This document shows positions 13,719-31,212 of a stretch of 64,000 nucleotides of DNA, piece after piece; the stretch's first letter is position 1; each line of letters begins with the position of its first letter. A program made the translations under genes and the position numbers. Under the pieces are notes generated by a model. That model saw nothing but the letters and a program-made list of their open reading frames with translations. It made no database searches and had not been told where the DNA came from. Where the stretch lies: the NCBI RefSeq assembly GCF_009914755.1, contig NC_060928.1; one strand, given 5' to 3'. This stretch comes from the human T2T-CHM13v2.0 reference genome, Homo sapiens.

Positions 13719-14979
13719 GTAGGTACTGGTGCCCTGAGGTTCTCTTCTATCGCAGCGCATGAGTTTCATCCTTAAGAGAGGGTGTTGCCCTTCAGTTCCT
13801 TGATTTGGAAATACCAGGGACTGTAAGTGAAAGGATCAATTCAATAGCAGTTTTCCAGAAAAAAAAAAGAAACATTATTTAAGCAATTACACACGACGAA
13901 AAATGCACCCAAATTTCAGAAACATTAACATTTGAAAAAATGTAAAACTTATCATCTAAGAAATACATCGACTGATATTTTAATACTGTTTTAACCTCGG
14001 AAAGCACTTTCTCATATCTCTTTATTTTCATGAATTTTAAAATTTAACCTAAAGTATTTAGATGCTATACATATTAAAATTTATTTCTTACCACTTAAAC
14101 CAATCACATTTCCACAGTCATCCCTCACTAGTTACATAAAATCAAGTTATTCTCCAAGTTTTAGTGTTTTTCCTTCATCTGTTTGCCTTCCCTCCTTTTT
14201 ATGATATTTACTTTTCTTCTTACTCTGATTTTACAAATTTAGACATTCTGTATTTCCACAGTTCCAAAATAGAATTTGGGCACTGAAGATTGCTTGATCA
14301 GACTTGTCCTGTTTCTAATAGCTTGTAATTCCTTCACAAGTTTCTTTTTCCTTCTTTTTCTGTTTTTAAATCTTACTTTCCAATTTATTTTCTCACCTTC
14401 CTTTACATTGAATACACCAGAATGCACTGAATACACTATCAATATACTGTACCTTCTATTTCCTTTTCCATGTGGTTTGGTTAACTTTTGCACTGACATC
14501 ATTGAGATTCTCATGTTAAATAATTTCCCTCCTTCTTCAATATTTGATATACCTAAGTTAGAGCTCATTTCAGTTTGAGTTGTACCATTATAATACAGTG
14601 TTATCTTGGAATGAAAGCATCTGGCTATGGTCATATAAATTGTAAGTGATTTCAGGCAGGTCACTTCACTTTCAAGTCTTTCTTTAAATTATTATTATAC
14701 TTTAAGTTCTGGGATATATGTGCAGAATGTGCAGGTTTGTTACATAGGTATATATGTGCCATGGTGGTTTGCTGTACCCATCAACCCGTCATCTACATTA
14801 TGTATTTCTCCTAATGCTATTTCTCCCCTAGCCCCCTACCCCCGACAGTCTCCAGTGTGTGATGTTCCCCTCCCTGTGTCCATGTGTTCTCATTGTTCAA
14901 CTCCCACTTATGAGTGAGAACATGCAGTGTTTGGTTTTCTGTTTCTGTGTTAGTTTGCTGAGAATGATGGCTTCCAGCT

Positions 14980-17814
<2,835 letters not shown>

Positions 17815-17828
17815 CTCAAGCCTCTGTA

Positions 17829-18047
17829 ATGGCGGACGCCCCTCCCCCTACCACGCTGGAGCCTCCCAGATTAACTTCAGACTGCTGTGCTGGCAGCGAG
17901 AATTTCAAGCCAGTGGATCTTAGCTTGCTTGGCTCCCCTGGGGTGGGATCCACTGAGCTAGACCACTTGGCTTCCTGGCTTCAGCCCCCTTTCCAGGGGA
18001 GTGAACCGTTCTGTCTCACTGGCGTTCCAGGCGCCACGGTGGTATGA
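17829..18047 (+). other. L1 ORF0-like antisense ORF, 72 aa ([25 protein letters not shown]...)
   Basis: ATG in strong context (gtaATGG); N-terminus resembles L1 ORF0 (MAGAPPPASLPPCSLISDCCAS); expression unknown. Confidence 0.55.
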
Positions 18048-18443
18048 AAAAAAACTCCTGTAGCTAGCTCAATGTCTGCCCAAATGGCATCCCAGTTTTG
18101 TGCTTGAAACCCAGGGCCCTGGTGATGTAGGCACCCGAGGGAACCTCCTGGTCTGCAGGTTGCAAAGACCATGGGAAATGCGTAGTATCTGGGCCAGAGT
18201 GCACCATTCCTCATGGCACGGTCCCTCACGGCTTCCCTTGCCTAGGGGAGGGAGTTCCCTGACCCCTTGTGCTTTCCAGGTGAAGTGAAGCCCCACCCTG
18301 CTTTGGCTTGCCCTCCATGGGCTGCACCCACTGTCTAACCAATCCCAGTGAGATGAGCCAGATACCTCAGTTGGAAATGCATAAATCACCTGCCATCTGT
18401 GTTGATCTCGCTGGGATCTGCAGATGGGAGCTGTTCCTATTCA

Positions 18444-18453
18444 GCCATCTTGC
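18444..18453 (-). promoter_or_regulatory. L1 5'UTR YY1 site (CAAGATGGCT)
   Basis: AGCCATCTTG on + strand at the L1 5' end. Confidence 0.6.
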
Positions 18454-19404
18454 CAGCCTCCGGCCACTTCCAAGTCTTTATCAGTAAAATATGAGGGTTG
18501 GACTCAGAAACTCAAAACTCCTTTCTAGACTTTCTTAACATTCTTTGATTCAATGAATTTAATAGACATTTTCTTGTAACAGGTTCCACAGATCTTCATG
18601 CAGAATCCAGTGATACACGGGTAGCCTTAACATTACTCTTGTTGTCTTGGTTTTCATCTGCCTTTCTGTGCATTGTCCACATAGTGTAATTTATGTTCTT
18701 TGGTAATCATCATTGATCTATTATATTCTTATCTATTTAAAGCTTTATTCAACCATGAGCTTCCCCTGCCATAACATTTTTCTGGTTTCCTTTTAAGGTT
18801 ACCTGGCATTCAGCTATTTGAAAAATATTTTCTATGGTCAACCAGTGCACTCTGACTATCGTATACTTTACTGGAAATTGTGTTGATGTTCCTGTAAATT
18901 TTTTGTAATTCGTATTTAATAATGAAAGAGTTTCCCATTTCTGTCTTAAAGTAAAACCCCTTAATGTTTATTATTCAAATTAAAATTTCTACTTTTAATG
19001 GAAATTTATTCATTTTCATGTGTCTCTGCCAAATTTTTCTGTATTGATATAACCCATTATTACAACCTTTTATCTTTTTGGATACCCTCTGAAGCCTCTT
19101 CCTTAAAAGCACCACTGGCAACAGAGTCTTTCCTTTAAAATATTAATTAATTAGTTAATTTTACACAAAGATTTCATCAATTCTACTTTTTTACTTCTCT
19201 TTTGCAACTACATTTAGTATCATTAATACATATATAGCTACCTCTTAATTCCTTATTCCTTCTAATTTAAATATCAAATTTCAGATGTTATCTTTTGTTT
19301 ATTTTTTTTCTTTTCAGCTCTACCTCCCATTCTAAGCTACAACTGAAATCCCTTCCCTATAGCATTTTCTATTGTGAACAAACAAAAATACTGTAGCCTT
19401 GTGA

Positions 19405-19548
19405 AGCAGTGCTCCCTAAAGGTCAATATGCATACAAATTACCTGGGCACCCTGCTAGAATGCATATTGTAAGTCAGTTCTGCATATTTAACAAACTCTC
19501 AGGTGATGTCAGGGCTGCTGATTTTGGGATTATGTTTCAAGCAGCAAG
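19405..19548. mobile_element. MER5-family hAT relic
   Basis: AATTACCTGGG...CTGCATATTTAACAAACTCTCAGGTGATG motifs. Confidence 0.6.
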
Positions 19549-20175
19549 AAGTTAGGGTTTTCCTATTCATAAGTCCTATTTTAAAGCGTACTTTCACCAT
19601 GTGTGTTTTATTGTCATTTAATCCTTTTAATGTGTTCCTGGGCCTCTGATTTAGTTAACATTTGAACAGTGCTTTAGAATTCATCAAGCATTTAAACACA
19701 AAGTGTCTTATTTGATACCCAGAGGATTCCTGTGTTGTAGGGTGGCTTAGCGTCCTGAAATTCAAGATTGTGCTGATTAACCTGTGGTGACAGAGTTAAG
19801 ATAAGAAAAAGATTTCTCCTCTGATTCCGCATCTTTCTCCTAACTCTTTCTGCTAACGTCATTATCTCCCACTTCAAATGTAAAGAGAGCCCCTCTTCCT
19901 CCCATCCGAACAAACCACTGGTTTCTAATTAGTCACATTCTTTCCCTGAGCTTATGACTATGATCAGGATAAAAGATCAAGCTTGGGCTCATGCGCATTC
20001 ATGCGGCCCATTTATGAGGTGGGATAAGAAGACCAGCAGCCCTTCTAGAACCACATGGAATATGGGATGTCCGTTTCCCCCAAATGAGGGATGGCTGTCC
20101 CAGAAGAAGGGTGCAGGGGGTATTGGGCAGAAAAATGAGCACATATCTGCTATTTTACCTCTTGATTTCTCACCG

Positions 20176-20226
20176 CACGCATGCGTGCACATGCACGCAC
20201 AGACACACACACACACACACACACAC
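20176..20226. repeat. Alternating purine-pyrimidine tract ending in a (CA)n microsatellite
   Basis: GCACGCATGCGTGCACATGCACGCACAG followed by (AC)n. Confidence 0.9.
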
Positions 20227-23174
20227 TTTTGGAAACTTCCTCTCTAAACCTAATAACATTGCTCGAGAATTCACCCTCTCCCGAAGAAGAGATAGTAAAA
20301 AATTGTGCCAAGCTACTACATTGAGCTCCAAGGTTGAGATTGCTGCGTAGTTCACAATCTTCTCAATCAGGTTTAGAAATAATATCTCATGGGTCTAAGT
20401 CATATGTTTTGCCTATTCACAATATATAACAAAAGAAAAACCATATACTCATAATAACATCTGTAATTTTTAAAGTTCACGCAGAACACTCTATTCACCA
20501 GTCCAGAGCATAAGACACATTTTGCTGGACAGACTGGAGAGCAGGGGACCACAGTGGCCTCAGTTCCTCTGTCAGCCAATGTGTTTGCACCCAGGTCCTG
20601 CTCGCAGGAAGGTCCTTCCTTGTCCAGTGTCCTCAGTGGACATTACTGAGAAGGCCACCAGAGCCTGACCATCTGGGAGCTCTCTTGCTTTAGGAGCTGG
20701 TTCTGTTGGCACAATTACAGGGCTTGGCATTTGCTTTAGGGATCGAGCAATCCCAGGGGTCCTAGGCTTAAACTCACTTGAAACTTAGCTCATTTAGAAC
20801 TTTAGTTAGATACTAGGAGATGTGGCTCCTGGGAACCCTGTTAGCTAGTAACTAGTAATAGAAATTTTATCAAATCTTTGAACTTTATCCCAGCCAGTGT
20901 TATTTTTCTCTTTGTAAAAGGAGCTGGGGCTCAGCAAGTCTCCAGAGTAAAATGGTAGACTGCAGTGGCAAAGCAGAGCTCACCTACTTCCGGTCCAGGC
21001 TGTGTCAGCCAGTGATGCTTTATGATGAGGGAATTGTTGCCTCTCATTTTTGGAAGAGGTCTATGTGATCAGGCTTCCCTCGTTTCTTTACCTTTTCCCA
21101 TGAATCTTTTCTTCTGCACTTCCCCAATTCTTTTCCCTGGTTTAAATTAACATTACCCTTAAGCAGTAAATTCAACTTTTGCAATTCAGCAGGGAAATAA
21201 TTGGCCAAACCTCAAAAAGTCTTATATCCCTGGTTACAGGTTGAAAGATTTTCTTTGCAAAATTTGCATGTTATTTCCTTTTCCACTTTCAGGTAAAGCT
21301 TTAGCAAAAATGGAAAAAAGTAGGCAAGACATCCTATTTTTTAACTTTTTTTTTTAAAGAAGAACATTAATGCTATACAGTCTAAGAACCAAGGATCAAT
21401 AGTTAATAACTAACCAATTATGTAGCTACCTCTAGTCAATGATTGCCACTTCTCAGCTATGGATTAAAGAGTCATCATTGCTCCAACTATCCCTCTTACT
21501 CATGGAAAATCTATTTTAGAGTGTGTCACTTGCAATACCCACCCACCTTTATCAAATTTTGCAGGACAGAGATCTGAGAAGGGAACCCCAGAAACAACAA
21601 ATGTTCATCATAGCTATTCTCAAGTTCCTTGGTTTTTAAATTGTTGTTTGTTTTGCTAACCATTTATTTTTATAAATAAAAATATGTTCATTTTATTTAT
21701 AAATAAAAAATGTTTATTCTCCCAATTCCTCTATTTTTTTCCTCTGTATTTCAGAGAAATTTTATCTTCTAATGTGTTGTCAGTCTCCTTTCCTACTGAG
21801 AGTCACTTTGTTCCGACAGGTCTGTTAGTGGCCATCTTATTGTAGTATCTGTTTCCAAAGAATGTATAGGCAGAGAAATGTCTTTAGAATCCAATGCCCT
21901 GAATTCAAGTTCTGTTTTAATAGCTGAGTAACCTTGGACAATCTTTGAGAACTTGTTTAATTTTTCTTAATATTGACCTGGAAAATGGTCTAATAATACA
22001 TTTTATGCTTTCCTTTTAACTCTGTTAGAAAGATGGGTCACATATGCATTGTACATGAAGAAAGGTTTTCAATTGCAAATGTTCACAAAATTTCAATTCT
22101 AGTCTAAAATAATCATATTACTGTTATTTATTTACTTCTTACTACCTTGGAATTCATGCAGTGCTATTTTATCTCTTCCTATAGCTCCTCTTCTTTTTTC
22201 TTATAACTTTAAGATACTGCATGTTTTTGGATAGATCTTTCTTCCTCTATATACTTTTCTCCATTCATTCTTAGCCCTGAAAGTCAGCCCAGTTTTCCCT
22301 TCCTCACTTTTATTATGACATGCCCTTGGGCAGATAGTAAAGATATACCTCTTTTTATCACTAAAGTTACACTCAATTTTCTTTTTACAAGAGAATGGTT
22401 TGGCCTGGTTCTCTAAACACTGAAAACATTATTTCCAACTACACTTCAGAGTCAGGTGATTTTCCTGAGCCTCCTGGAACATGTCCTTCCTGTCCCTTAG
22501 ACCCAGCTATATCCTCTGTTTTTAATGGAAAGTACTTGGCAAATAGTTCACCCTATTTGCTTTTTGCCAGAGCCCCATTTCATTTTTTAAGTTCTGGATG
22601 CAAGTTCCAGAACTATCTACAGCATTTTCTGAAACATCTTTTAAAACCAGATTACAATATCTTCTTTGTGCACTGTTTCTCCTTGAAGAAAATGACCAGC
22701 ATTTGTATCCTTGGCTTGCTGAATGGAGTAAAATCAAAGATTTTCCAGCATCCCTGGTTCTTTTTCTTTGAAAGAGTTCCCAGAATAAATCCTGTTTCTA
22801 AGTGAAAACTCTTGGATGAGAATATAGGTCCTAGGACTTTTGGACTAGATTTTATTCTTATTCCAAACCATCAGTTAGTTTATATTTAAACATAAGTGAG
22901 GCCTAAAGCCTTAATGAGTTGAGAAATATTTCAGAAAGCAGTGATCAAGTTCATGGAAGTATATGCTTTTTAAAAATCAAAGGGAGACTTTGTGACCAAC
23001 AGGGTCACTGCTGTAGCAAAATATAAAATATGCCATGGTTAAAGCAGTAATGATTTTCTTTTGGGTGGGGTTCCTAGAGATTCCAAGAAGACATCATGAA
23101 ATATGTGAGTGAAACATATCACCAGTGAAGTTCTGTCTGCCCGGCACTAACTTTTTACTTGGCTTGAGTTGTAG

Positions 23175-23372
23175 GAGGAACAGACACCTTTACATATTGC
23201 CTCCCGCCTGGGTAAGACAGAAATTGTCCAGCTGCTTCTACAACATATGGCTCATCCAGATGCGGCCACTACAAATGGGTACACACCACTGCACATCTCT
23301 GCCCGGGAGGGCCAGGTGGATGTGGCATCAGTCCTATTGGAAGCAGGAGCAGCCCACTCCTTAGCTACCAAG
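23175..23372 (+). CDS. ANK2: ANK2 exon 15, two ankyrin repeats [13 protein letters not shown]...AAHSLATK
   Basis: tgtAG|GAG...AAG|GTaagg; 198 nt. Confidence 0.97.
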
Positions 23373-24306
23373 GTAAGGAGAATGACATCATGAGAACATG
23401 GACCAAGAGGATTCCTAAGTCATGGCCTTTCTGCTCTACCACATACAGAATCAAGAGGGTAGATCTCCTCAGGCCTTGACTTACTTCCTTCTCTACATAT
23501 TTAAGACTCATTGTCTAAATGATTTAATAGAATTGTGAGATTCCGTATATCTTCAATAAAGAGTGCTGAATTTCATTCTAATTAATGCCAATGTTTCTAG
23601 GACAGGTATCTAGTACTCTAAGATGATTTTCACTTTTTCTTCTCTTTTATTATAAAATCCATAATATATTCTTAAGAAAAAGATAAATGAAATCCCTAAA
23701 TATATTGAACTGGTAATACTAATGAGGAAGAGGGTACTGCATTAGATTGGCAGTACTATATTTGCTGTGAGTTATAGTACCAGATCGAAGCTCAATTTAC
23801 TTGTACATTTTCGCAACCCTACTATTAGCCACCACTTATTTGACATTCTCATTCCCATATTAGTTTCCAACTTTACCAACTACACTTTTGCCTGGGTATT
23901 TACAGTGTTTAAAGAGAGCTGAAGCTGGAAAATCACACTTCTTTAGTTGTTATTGACATCGAGCAAAGAATTTTACTTATGTTCCAAGTTTCATGACAGG
24001 GCAGAGTAATTTTTCCCATGCTTTATACATGCTGTTTGACATTCATAATTTGGAGATGACTTAGAATAAAACATGAATATACTCAGCTAATTAGAGCAAA
24101 ATTAATTGAGCCAGTGCAAGTGAATTTGTCATGGGGCAAAATAATTCCCACAAATGTAACAGTGATTCAGATTAATGAAAGGACAATTTCAATTCTCTCA
24201 TAATCAGTAGGTATAAGTACTTCATCCAGGGAGAGGGAAAGTTGCAAATTTAAACTGAGATAGTGATGTGGCATCTGTCCTCTTGTAAGTAGGAGCAGCC
24301 CACTAG

Positions 24307-24350
24307 CTGTTATGGCTTATCTGGTTGCCTGTTATGACTTACCTGGTTGC
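24307..24350. repeat. 22-bp tandem duplication
   Basis: CTGTTATG(G/A)CTTA(T/C)CTGGTTGC twice. Confidence 0.85.
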
Positions 24351-24641
24351 CTATGGCTGTAAAAGGTATTTTGATATAAGAAATTGACAATTATTGAAGT
24401 TCTGAACTCTGAAAAGTTGGAAGGATTTTAAAAGTTCTTAAAAAAAAAAAAAACTAAGCAACAAATGTAGTAATAACCTGAGAGATTTGGTGATTGTCTT
24501 ATCAGAGGAGGGTGTAAATCATCAAAATTAAGATACATAAAATACAGAAATAGATAATAAAACGTAGTCTTTTGTCTGTCAAAGATATTTAGGATTTAAA
24601 AAATATAACTATATCCATGGTAAATTAGGGCGATAAAATAG

Positions 24642-24963
<322 letters not shown>

Positions 24964-26559
24964 AAACAGCATTTTAAGAGTTCAGCTGACTAGGGCTGAA
25001 CAGTGGTTGATTCATCATTATTAAAGACATTTAAGAGGGTAAATGAAATCTTGGTGAGATTAACATAAAGGAAGAAGGCAGATGTGTGACTCAAGAGATG
25101 CCTTCTAACTTTGGTTTTGTTATTCTACAGTAGATTTTATGTATTTTTGTCTAATAATCATTTCCAAACTTATAAGAGTTGGATCACTATTCTAGCAAGA
25201 CTTTAAAGATAAGGAGTTTATGTTTTCTTCCTCATGATGCAGTTAGCCTCAAAGAACTCTGTTTCATCCTGAGTATCACCCTAATCATTGTGTGCATTGA
25301 GTGGAGGGAGGAGAGCTCTAACCACAAATGCTGGTTTATATGGACAATGCAAGAAGGAATAAATACTTCCTACGTTTGTCCCACACTTGGAAAAAACCAG
25401 AAGATTCGCTCTCTTCCAAGGATTTATTAATACCAAATGTTCAAAAAAGAAGCAAAAAGAAAAACGTCATCTCATTTAAAAATAATTTGTCTGGAGACAC
25501 CGAAAGGGCAATATTGCTTCTTGGGGGATATTCTGTGTTTATGATGGGGGCTTAAATGGTTCCAGGATAAGCCATGGCTTAGAGCACCTAACCCAGGCAT
25601 ATTTGCTATGTGTTTTACAGGCCCTGATCGGTGTTAGAATTCCCCCACTCCCACTGTAGTGCCAGAAGAGCATGTGGTTAAACTGTCTGGCCAAGAGGAT
25701 GGATTTGACATCATGGTGTAGGAACTGTGCCATCCTCGAGATCTTAGTCCAGAGACTTATCTGTATTTATAACACACTGCTAATTACAGAGTAAGGCCAT
25801 TGGTTAGGCACGGAAGACACTGAATGTACACATATCAACATGTGTAGGAGAGCAGCCCTCTAAAAAAAGCTCTAAAGCTTCAGTGTGTTTAAAAGTCTGG
25901 TGTTAATCAGCCCAACATCATGCCAGAAGTAGAACGTATTTTACAAAAGCAATTGGTCTTTTAGACAGTGTGAGTCTTTTGGGAAAGGGGACAAGTCAGG
26001 ATGGGAGTTGCTTTTTAATAGTACATGTTTTTTGTTCTATAGACCATTTATCTTGCCATTTCTGCAGAAAATATGTCAACTAATTCACGAATACTTGTTT
26101 TTACTATGGCTGCCAAAATATCCTAAAATTTAAATGAATTTGGAATTCAGGTGTTATAAAAAGGATTGAAAGAAAGAGAAGGAGGGTTGGAGAGAAGGCA
26201 GCTGTTGTTTCAATTCTATTAATTTTAGAGGCAAGAAAAGGCTTTTTTTCCCCATTCACAAATTGGAGCCAGTTTACTGACACTAGTGGCTTTTAAAAAT
26301 CCCAAACCTATAAAGTCAGATTTCAGTCTCCAAGCCCTTAAAATAAAATTTCTTTTATTCAGTCTATCAAGCCAAACTTTTGTATGTTAAATTGTATTCT
26401 TTTTCTTTGTCCTTGTTCATGGCTAACAGATTTAATGCTACCAGTATTTTTTCCAAATGAAGAATCAGTATACTTTGCTCAATATGTTAACAAATAAAAA
26501 GATTTTTTGAGGAGTTACAACAATAAATACGATTTTACTTTTGTTTCTCACATTTTCAG

Positions 26560-26658
26560 AAGGGTTTTACTCCCCTGCATGTAGCAGCCAAGTATGGAAG
26601 CCTGGATGTGGCAAAACTTCTCTTGCAACGCCGTGCTGCCGCAGATTCTGCAGGGAAG
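26560..26658 (+). CDS. ANK2: ANK2 exon 16, [33 protein letters not shown]
   Basis: ttcAG|AAG...AAG|GTaaag; 99 nt. Confidence 0.97.
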
Positions 26659-27182
26659 GTAAAGATTTTCTATACGTTATAATTATGTAACAGTGAAGGT
26701 GATAGATTAGGAGATCTGTAAAGACATTTTTCTCACTTCTCTGAAAGGAATGTGAGAGCAACTGATGAAACTATCCCAAATAGACATGGTGGCGATGTCT
26801 TCCATGACCGTCCAGGTACATACACACTGATTCAGAAAGCATTTTGAGCTGTGCCTCAAAGTCTTGTCACAACAGCCCCAGAAAGTCTCTATATTAAGAA
26901 GAATCCCTGCAATGTTAATGTAGTATTTCTTACATAGCAGTTTAGACCTTTTTACATTGTGACCCTCAAGATCCCCTTTGCTGGTGGTATGCTCATTTTC
27001 AATTTTAGTTATGTTTTTAATATGAAAATTATTAGGGATTTGTTTATTTTCGTTCTTTTTTCTATTGACTATATTAATTCATTAACATGAATTTAATCAA
27101 TATCAGTTTCCAGGCATCCTGGTAGCTTCAGGGCAGCTAACCCTAATTTATTAATGCTGAAACTTAAACACACCCTTTACAG

Positions 27183-27281
27183 AACGGCCTTACCCCGCTC
27201 CATGTTGCTGCTCATTATGACAACCAGAAGGTGGCGCTGCTGTTACTGGAGAAGGGTGCTTCCCCTCATGCCACTGCCAAG
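27183..27281 (+). CDS. ANK2: ANK2 exon 17, [33 protein letters not shown]
   Basis: tacAG|AAC...AAG|GTgagg; 99 nt. Confidence 0.97.
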
Positions 27282-28039
27282 GTGAGGACCACAGAAAAGG
27301 ATTTACAGGCATAGGGTGTAACTATCGCCTGAAAACACATGAGAATTGTCTTTTAAACACATGGTATAGTATAACTGCGACTAGTCCTAGCGATAGTAGC
27401 TTTTGGTATTGACACCCTTTTTTTTCCCTTGTATTTCTGCCAGTTGCGTCTTGAAAATCTTTTTTAAGATTTTTTAAGAGTCAGCAAATATTAAGGGGAT
27501 GTGCCTATAAACCAGTAGAGATGAATCTTATTGCTAACATTCTGTGTGTTAGAGAATGAAGTCTGAATTTTGAGAACTGAGAAATAAAGTCATTAACATG
27601 TTTTCTCTTCTCTCCTATAAACCAAATGCTATGATGAAAATGTCCTTTTATACTCTCATTCTTTCCGACTTCAAACTTCTATTTGTTTCTTTGTCTTTTT
27701 TTTTAATGTTTTACCTGTGTTAACTGTAGCATGGATCCCTCTAAGTCCCTAGATTCAGAGGTGGTGGGAGGATGCCTTTTTGGTGTATATCTAGCACCAA
27801 ATTCCGAAACAGCTCCAACTAAGACTTGTACTTACGGACAGGGCATTTCCCACCATTCTAGTTGGCCCCTTATTACACTGAAAATATATATGAATGTCGT
27901 ATAATGCATAAAGTCCTCATTGCGTCTTTCGTTCATTAATTAAGCACAGCTATTTTGAGAACACATCAGGGTTTATTTAAAAAATATTGATTGTAATGGG
28001 AAAATATTTATGCTATATTAGACAATATAATAAAAAAAC

Positions 28040-28260
28040 TGCCACCATTTATTTGCCAAACACTATGCCGAGCACTTTACAGGCAATATCTCATAATAAC
28101 CCCATGAGACTGGTATTCTAATGATCTCCGTTTTGCAGATGAGAAGGTGAGATTTAAGTAGGTTAATTTTCCAAAGTCATATGAATAATAAGTGTTAGAG
28201 CTTGTACCTGTGTTTGACCTCAGGCAGACTGACTTTAGAGCCGGTGCTCTTAACCACTAG
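28040..28260 (-). mobile_element. MIR
   Basis: CCGTTTTGCAGATGAGAAGGTGAG core; CTCTTAACCACT end. Confidence 0.65.
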
Positions 28261-28309
28261 GTCCTTTGTGCCCCAAAGCAATAGAGGGAGATTTATTCCA
28301 CTTCTGTTA

Positions 28310-28495
28310 TACAAATATATACATATATACTCATATGCCTATTTAAATTTTATACATATTATAAATAAAAAATAGGATATATACATAAAATATGTTCTGT
28401 ATAATATATATTTTATATATAAATATATTATATATATCATAAATATATAACTTTGTACACATACATACATATACATCTACATATATTTATATCTT
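28310..28495. repeat. TA-rich low-complexity tract
   Basis: ATAT/ATAC-rich run. Confidence 0.8.
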
Positions 28496-29991
28496 TTTGA
28501 TGCCAATAAACAGTTTATAATAAAGTACTTGAACTGTCAAAAGAGGGTGCCAAATGTTCATAATTATCCACACTGTTCTTACTCCTCTTTTTTCTACAAC
28601 CTCATCAATTCAGCACATATTTTATGTCTTTCTTTACACTAGATTATAAGCTACTAGAGGAGTGTTCATATCATATTCATTTGCATATCTATGAGGTGTT
28701 TAATAACATATGTGAGTTCCCAATAAATTTGGATGAAAGAATGAAGATTGAGCAACTATGGAATAAAAATATACCTGCTCACTTAACATACCAGCATTTT
28801 TTTTTTCATTAGCTTTCCAGGCTGACCATTCTCAACATAGATACAAAAGACTTCATTAGTACTCATGAGTACTTTCGTTGAACTCTTACAATGTGCAAAG
28901 AAAGGATTATAGGTACTCAATGGGAGGTAAAATTGTAAAACGTGTGTTCTCTTTCCACAAGGGACTCTCAATCTACTTGTAAGAGAAGACCTAGATTATA
29001 AAATAATGTGTATAGTTTTCCTAAGGAGATAAACATAGCCTTGATTTCTAGCCTCTACCTTGTATGGTCCTTAATCTTAGGCATGCACGTACCGAGTTCA
29101 GAAGATGACATAAAGCATTTGTCTACTCCAGAGTCCACAGTAGGATGGGTATTCTGGGAATGCCTCTCTAGTGTCTTTCACTTATCTGCCCCAGCCTGTC
29201 AATGAACATGAGCCCTTCATCTTTGGGGCCACTCCTAGAGGGCTCCAGATGGTAAGATCCCCACTGTAGTCTCCACTTTAGACTCTCTTTCTGCTCATTA
29301 TAATGTCTCCTCTCCTTAATACACACGGTCCTTTGGCCACGAGAACTTTGCTTCTTTCCACCAGAGTCCAGAACCTTCTCTTAGTCTTTATTGGGAGTGC
29401 TGCAATTATTTGAGTCCAAAAATGTTTCCTCTTTGTGGAGTAAGAGGGCTTTTCAGATCTTGTAGGTTGAGTATCTACCAGGCAAACCTCCTCCATTGCC
29501 AGAATTGACACCTTCTTTGATGATCGCTTATGTTGTTTTGCTAAAATATCCCTGTACCTAACCTTAGTAGAGCCCATGCTGTAGGCAGTGGGGTAACTAA
29601 GACTAAAGAAACACATTGTAGCAAAAAGAAGTTGACTAAACTTATTTGGTCCACAAAAATCTGTGTGTCCTTTTTTTCAATAGAGTCTATGGACACAAAT
29701 ACAGTATTTTGAAGCATCTGGGACCTCTGATCAGACCCTGAAAAGGCTTCCAAGCTGAATTTCCTTCAGTTGCTTCAGGAGAAACATTGTTTGTCAAAAA
29801 TGAAAGATACTTATTCTTGCTTGGAGAAATGGGGACAGAGTAGATAATGTAGGGTTGTGTGAGGATCAAGATTTGATGATAGCTCATAAAGACATTTAAA
29901 TTCTCAAAACACTTTTTTATTTTTTGGTACACTTTGCAGTTAGCTTTAAGGAAATAGCATGACCTAAAAATACCTCTCAAGTTTGATTACA

Positions 29992-30280
29992 GGCTCAAAC
30001 CTGTAATCCCAGCACTTTAGGGGGCCAAGGTGGGCAGATCGCTTGAGCTCATGAGTTTGAGACCAGCCTGGGCAACATGGTGAAACCCCATCTCTACCAA
30101 AAATACAAAAAAATTAGCCAGTCATGGTGGTGTGTGCCTGGAGTCCTCGGTACTTAGGATGCTGAGGTGGGAGGATCACTTGAGCCCAGGAGGTGGAGGT
30201 TGCAGTGACTGAGATGGCACCACTGCGCTCCAGTCTTGGTGATGGAGCCATACCTTGTCTCAACAAATAAATAAATAAAA
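29992..30280 (+). mobile_element. AluJ (Jb-like)
   Basis: GATCGCTTGAGCTC and GGAGGATCACTTGAGCCCAGG; (TAAA)n tail. Confidence 0.85.
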
Positions 30281-30883
30281 CATCTCATGGTAATCTCACA
30301 AGAAGCACTTGGTCATTATGCTCTCTTTCCCTTCAGCATGTCACTGAAGGGAAAAGCCACTGTTTTTAATTTCTATCACACATTTTGAATGGAAAATTCT
30401 ACCGGATTTGATAAAGAAAAGGAAATAAAACAATATATGTTGCAGACTTACAGTTGTTCCACATTTTTTTCTTTTAACTAAACATGGGGTATAGAGTTTT
30501 GTTCTTGTAAGCAGAGTATGAGTTTTCCTGTCCCTCTCCACAAACTCCCGCCCGAAATAAGTAGCCTCATATTTGTACTTTCAAAGCAGCAGGTTATAAA
30601 GAAGGGGAGATCTAGGATTTGAATGGACCACAAGATTCATATAAGCTAATTTTGTTGTTGAATATATTTTAAATTAGAATGCAACCCATTAAAGACAGGG
30701 ATCATGTCATGTTCACCATTGTATTCCCACACCTAGCACACTGCTCGGCATATTCTAGGCACTCAGTAATATTTGTTGAACCAGTTTAAAGTACAATCCA
30801 AACAGAAGCATATTAGTTGGAGTATTATAGTAAGATAATAGAAATAATTCCATTTGATTCTTTATGTTATAACCATATGTGAA

Positions 30884-31212
30884 GTGTAGCCTTGGTTCCA
30901 GATAGCACACACAATTCAAGAGCAATATTGACAAACTAGAATCAGCTCAGAACAGGTCATCCTTATAGGGAGAGATCTAGAAATGGCACTTCCATCAGGA
31001 ATGGTTGAAGGAATGGAGAAAATTAACCTGGAAAACAGAAAACTAAAGGTGGATATGAAAATCATCCCCAGTATTTAAAGGATGGTCATGTAGAAGAGGA
31101 ACCTGGCTTATCCTATGTTGCTTTTCAGGAGAGAAGCAATATTATAAGGAGAGAATTTTTAGTTCTGGAGCTTTGATGTCTATATCTGTCTTACAGTAGA
31201 ATGGGGTGCCTT
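30884..31212 (+). mobile_element. L3/CR1 fragment
   Basis: ATTGACAAACTAGAA...GAATGGTTGAAGGAA...AACCTGGAAAACAGAAAACT...GGTCATGTAGAAGAGG pattern. Confidence 0.6.
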
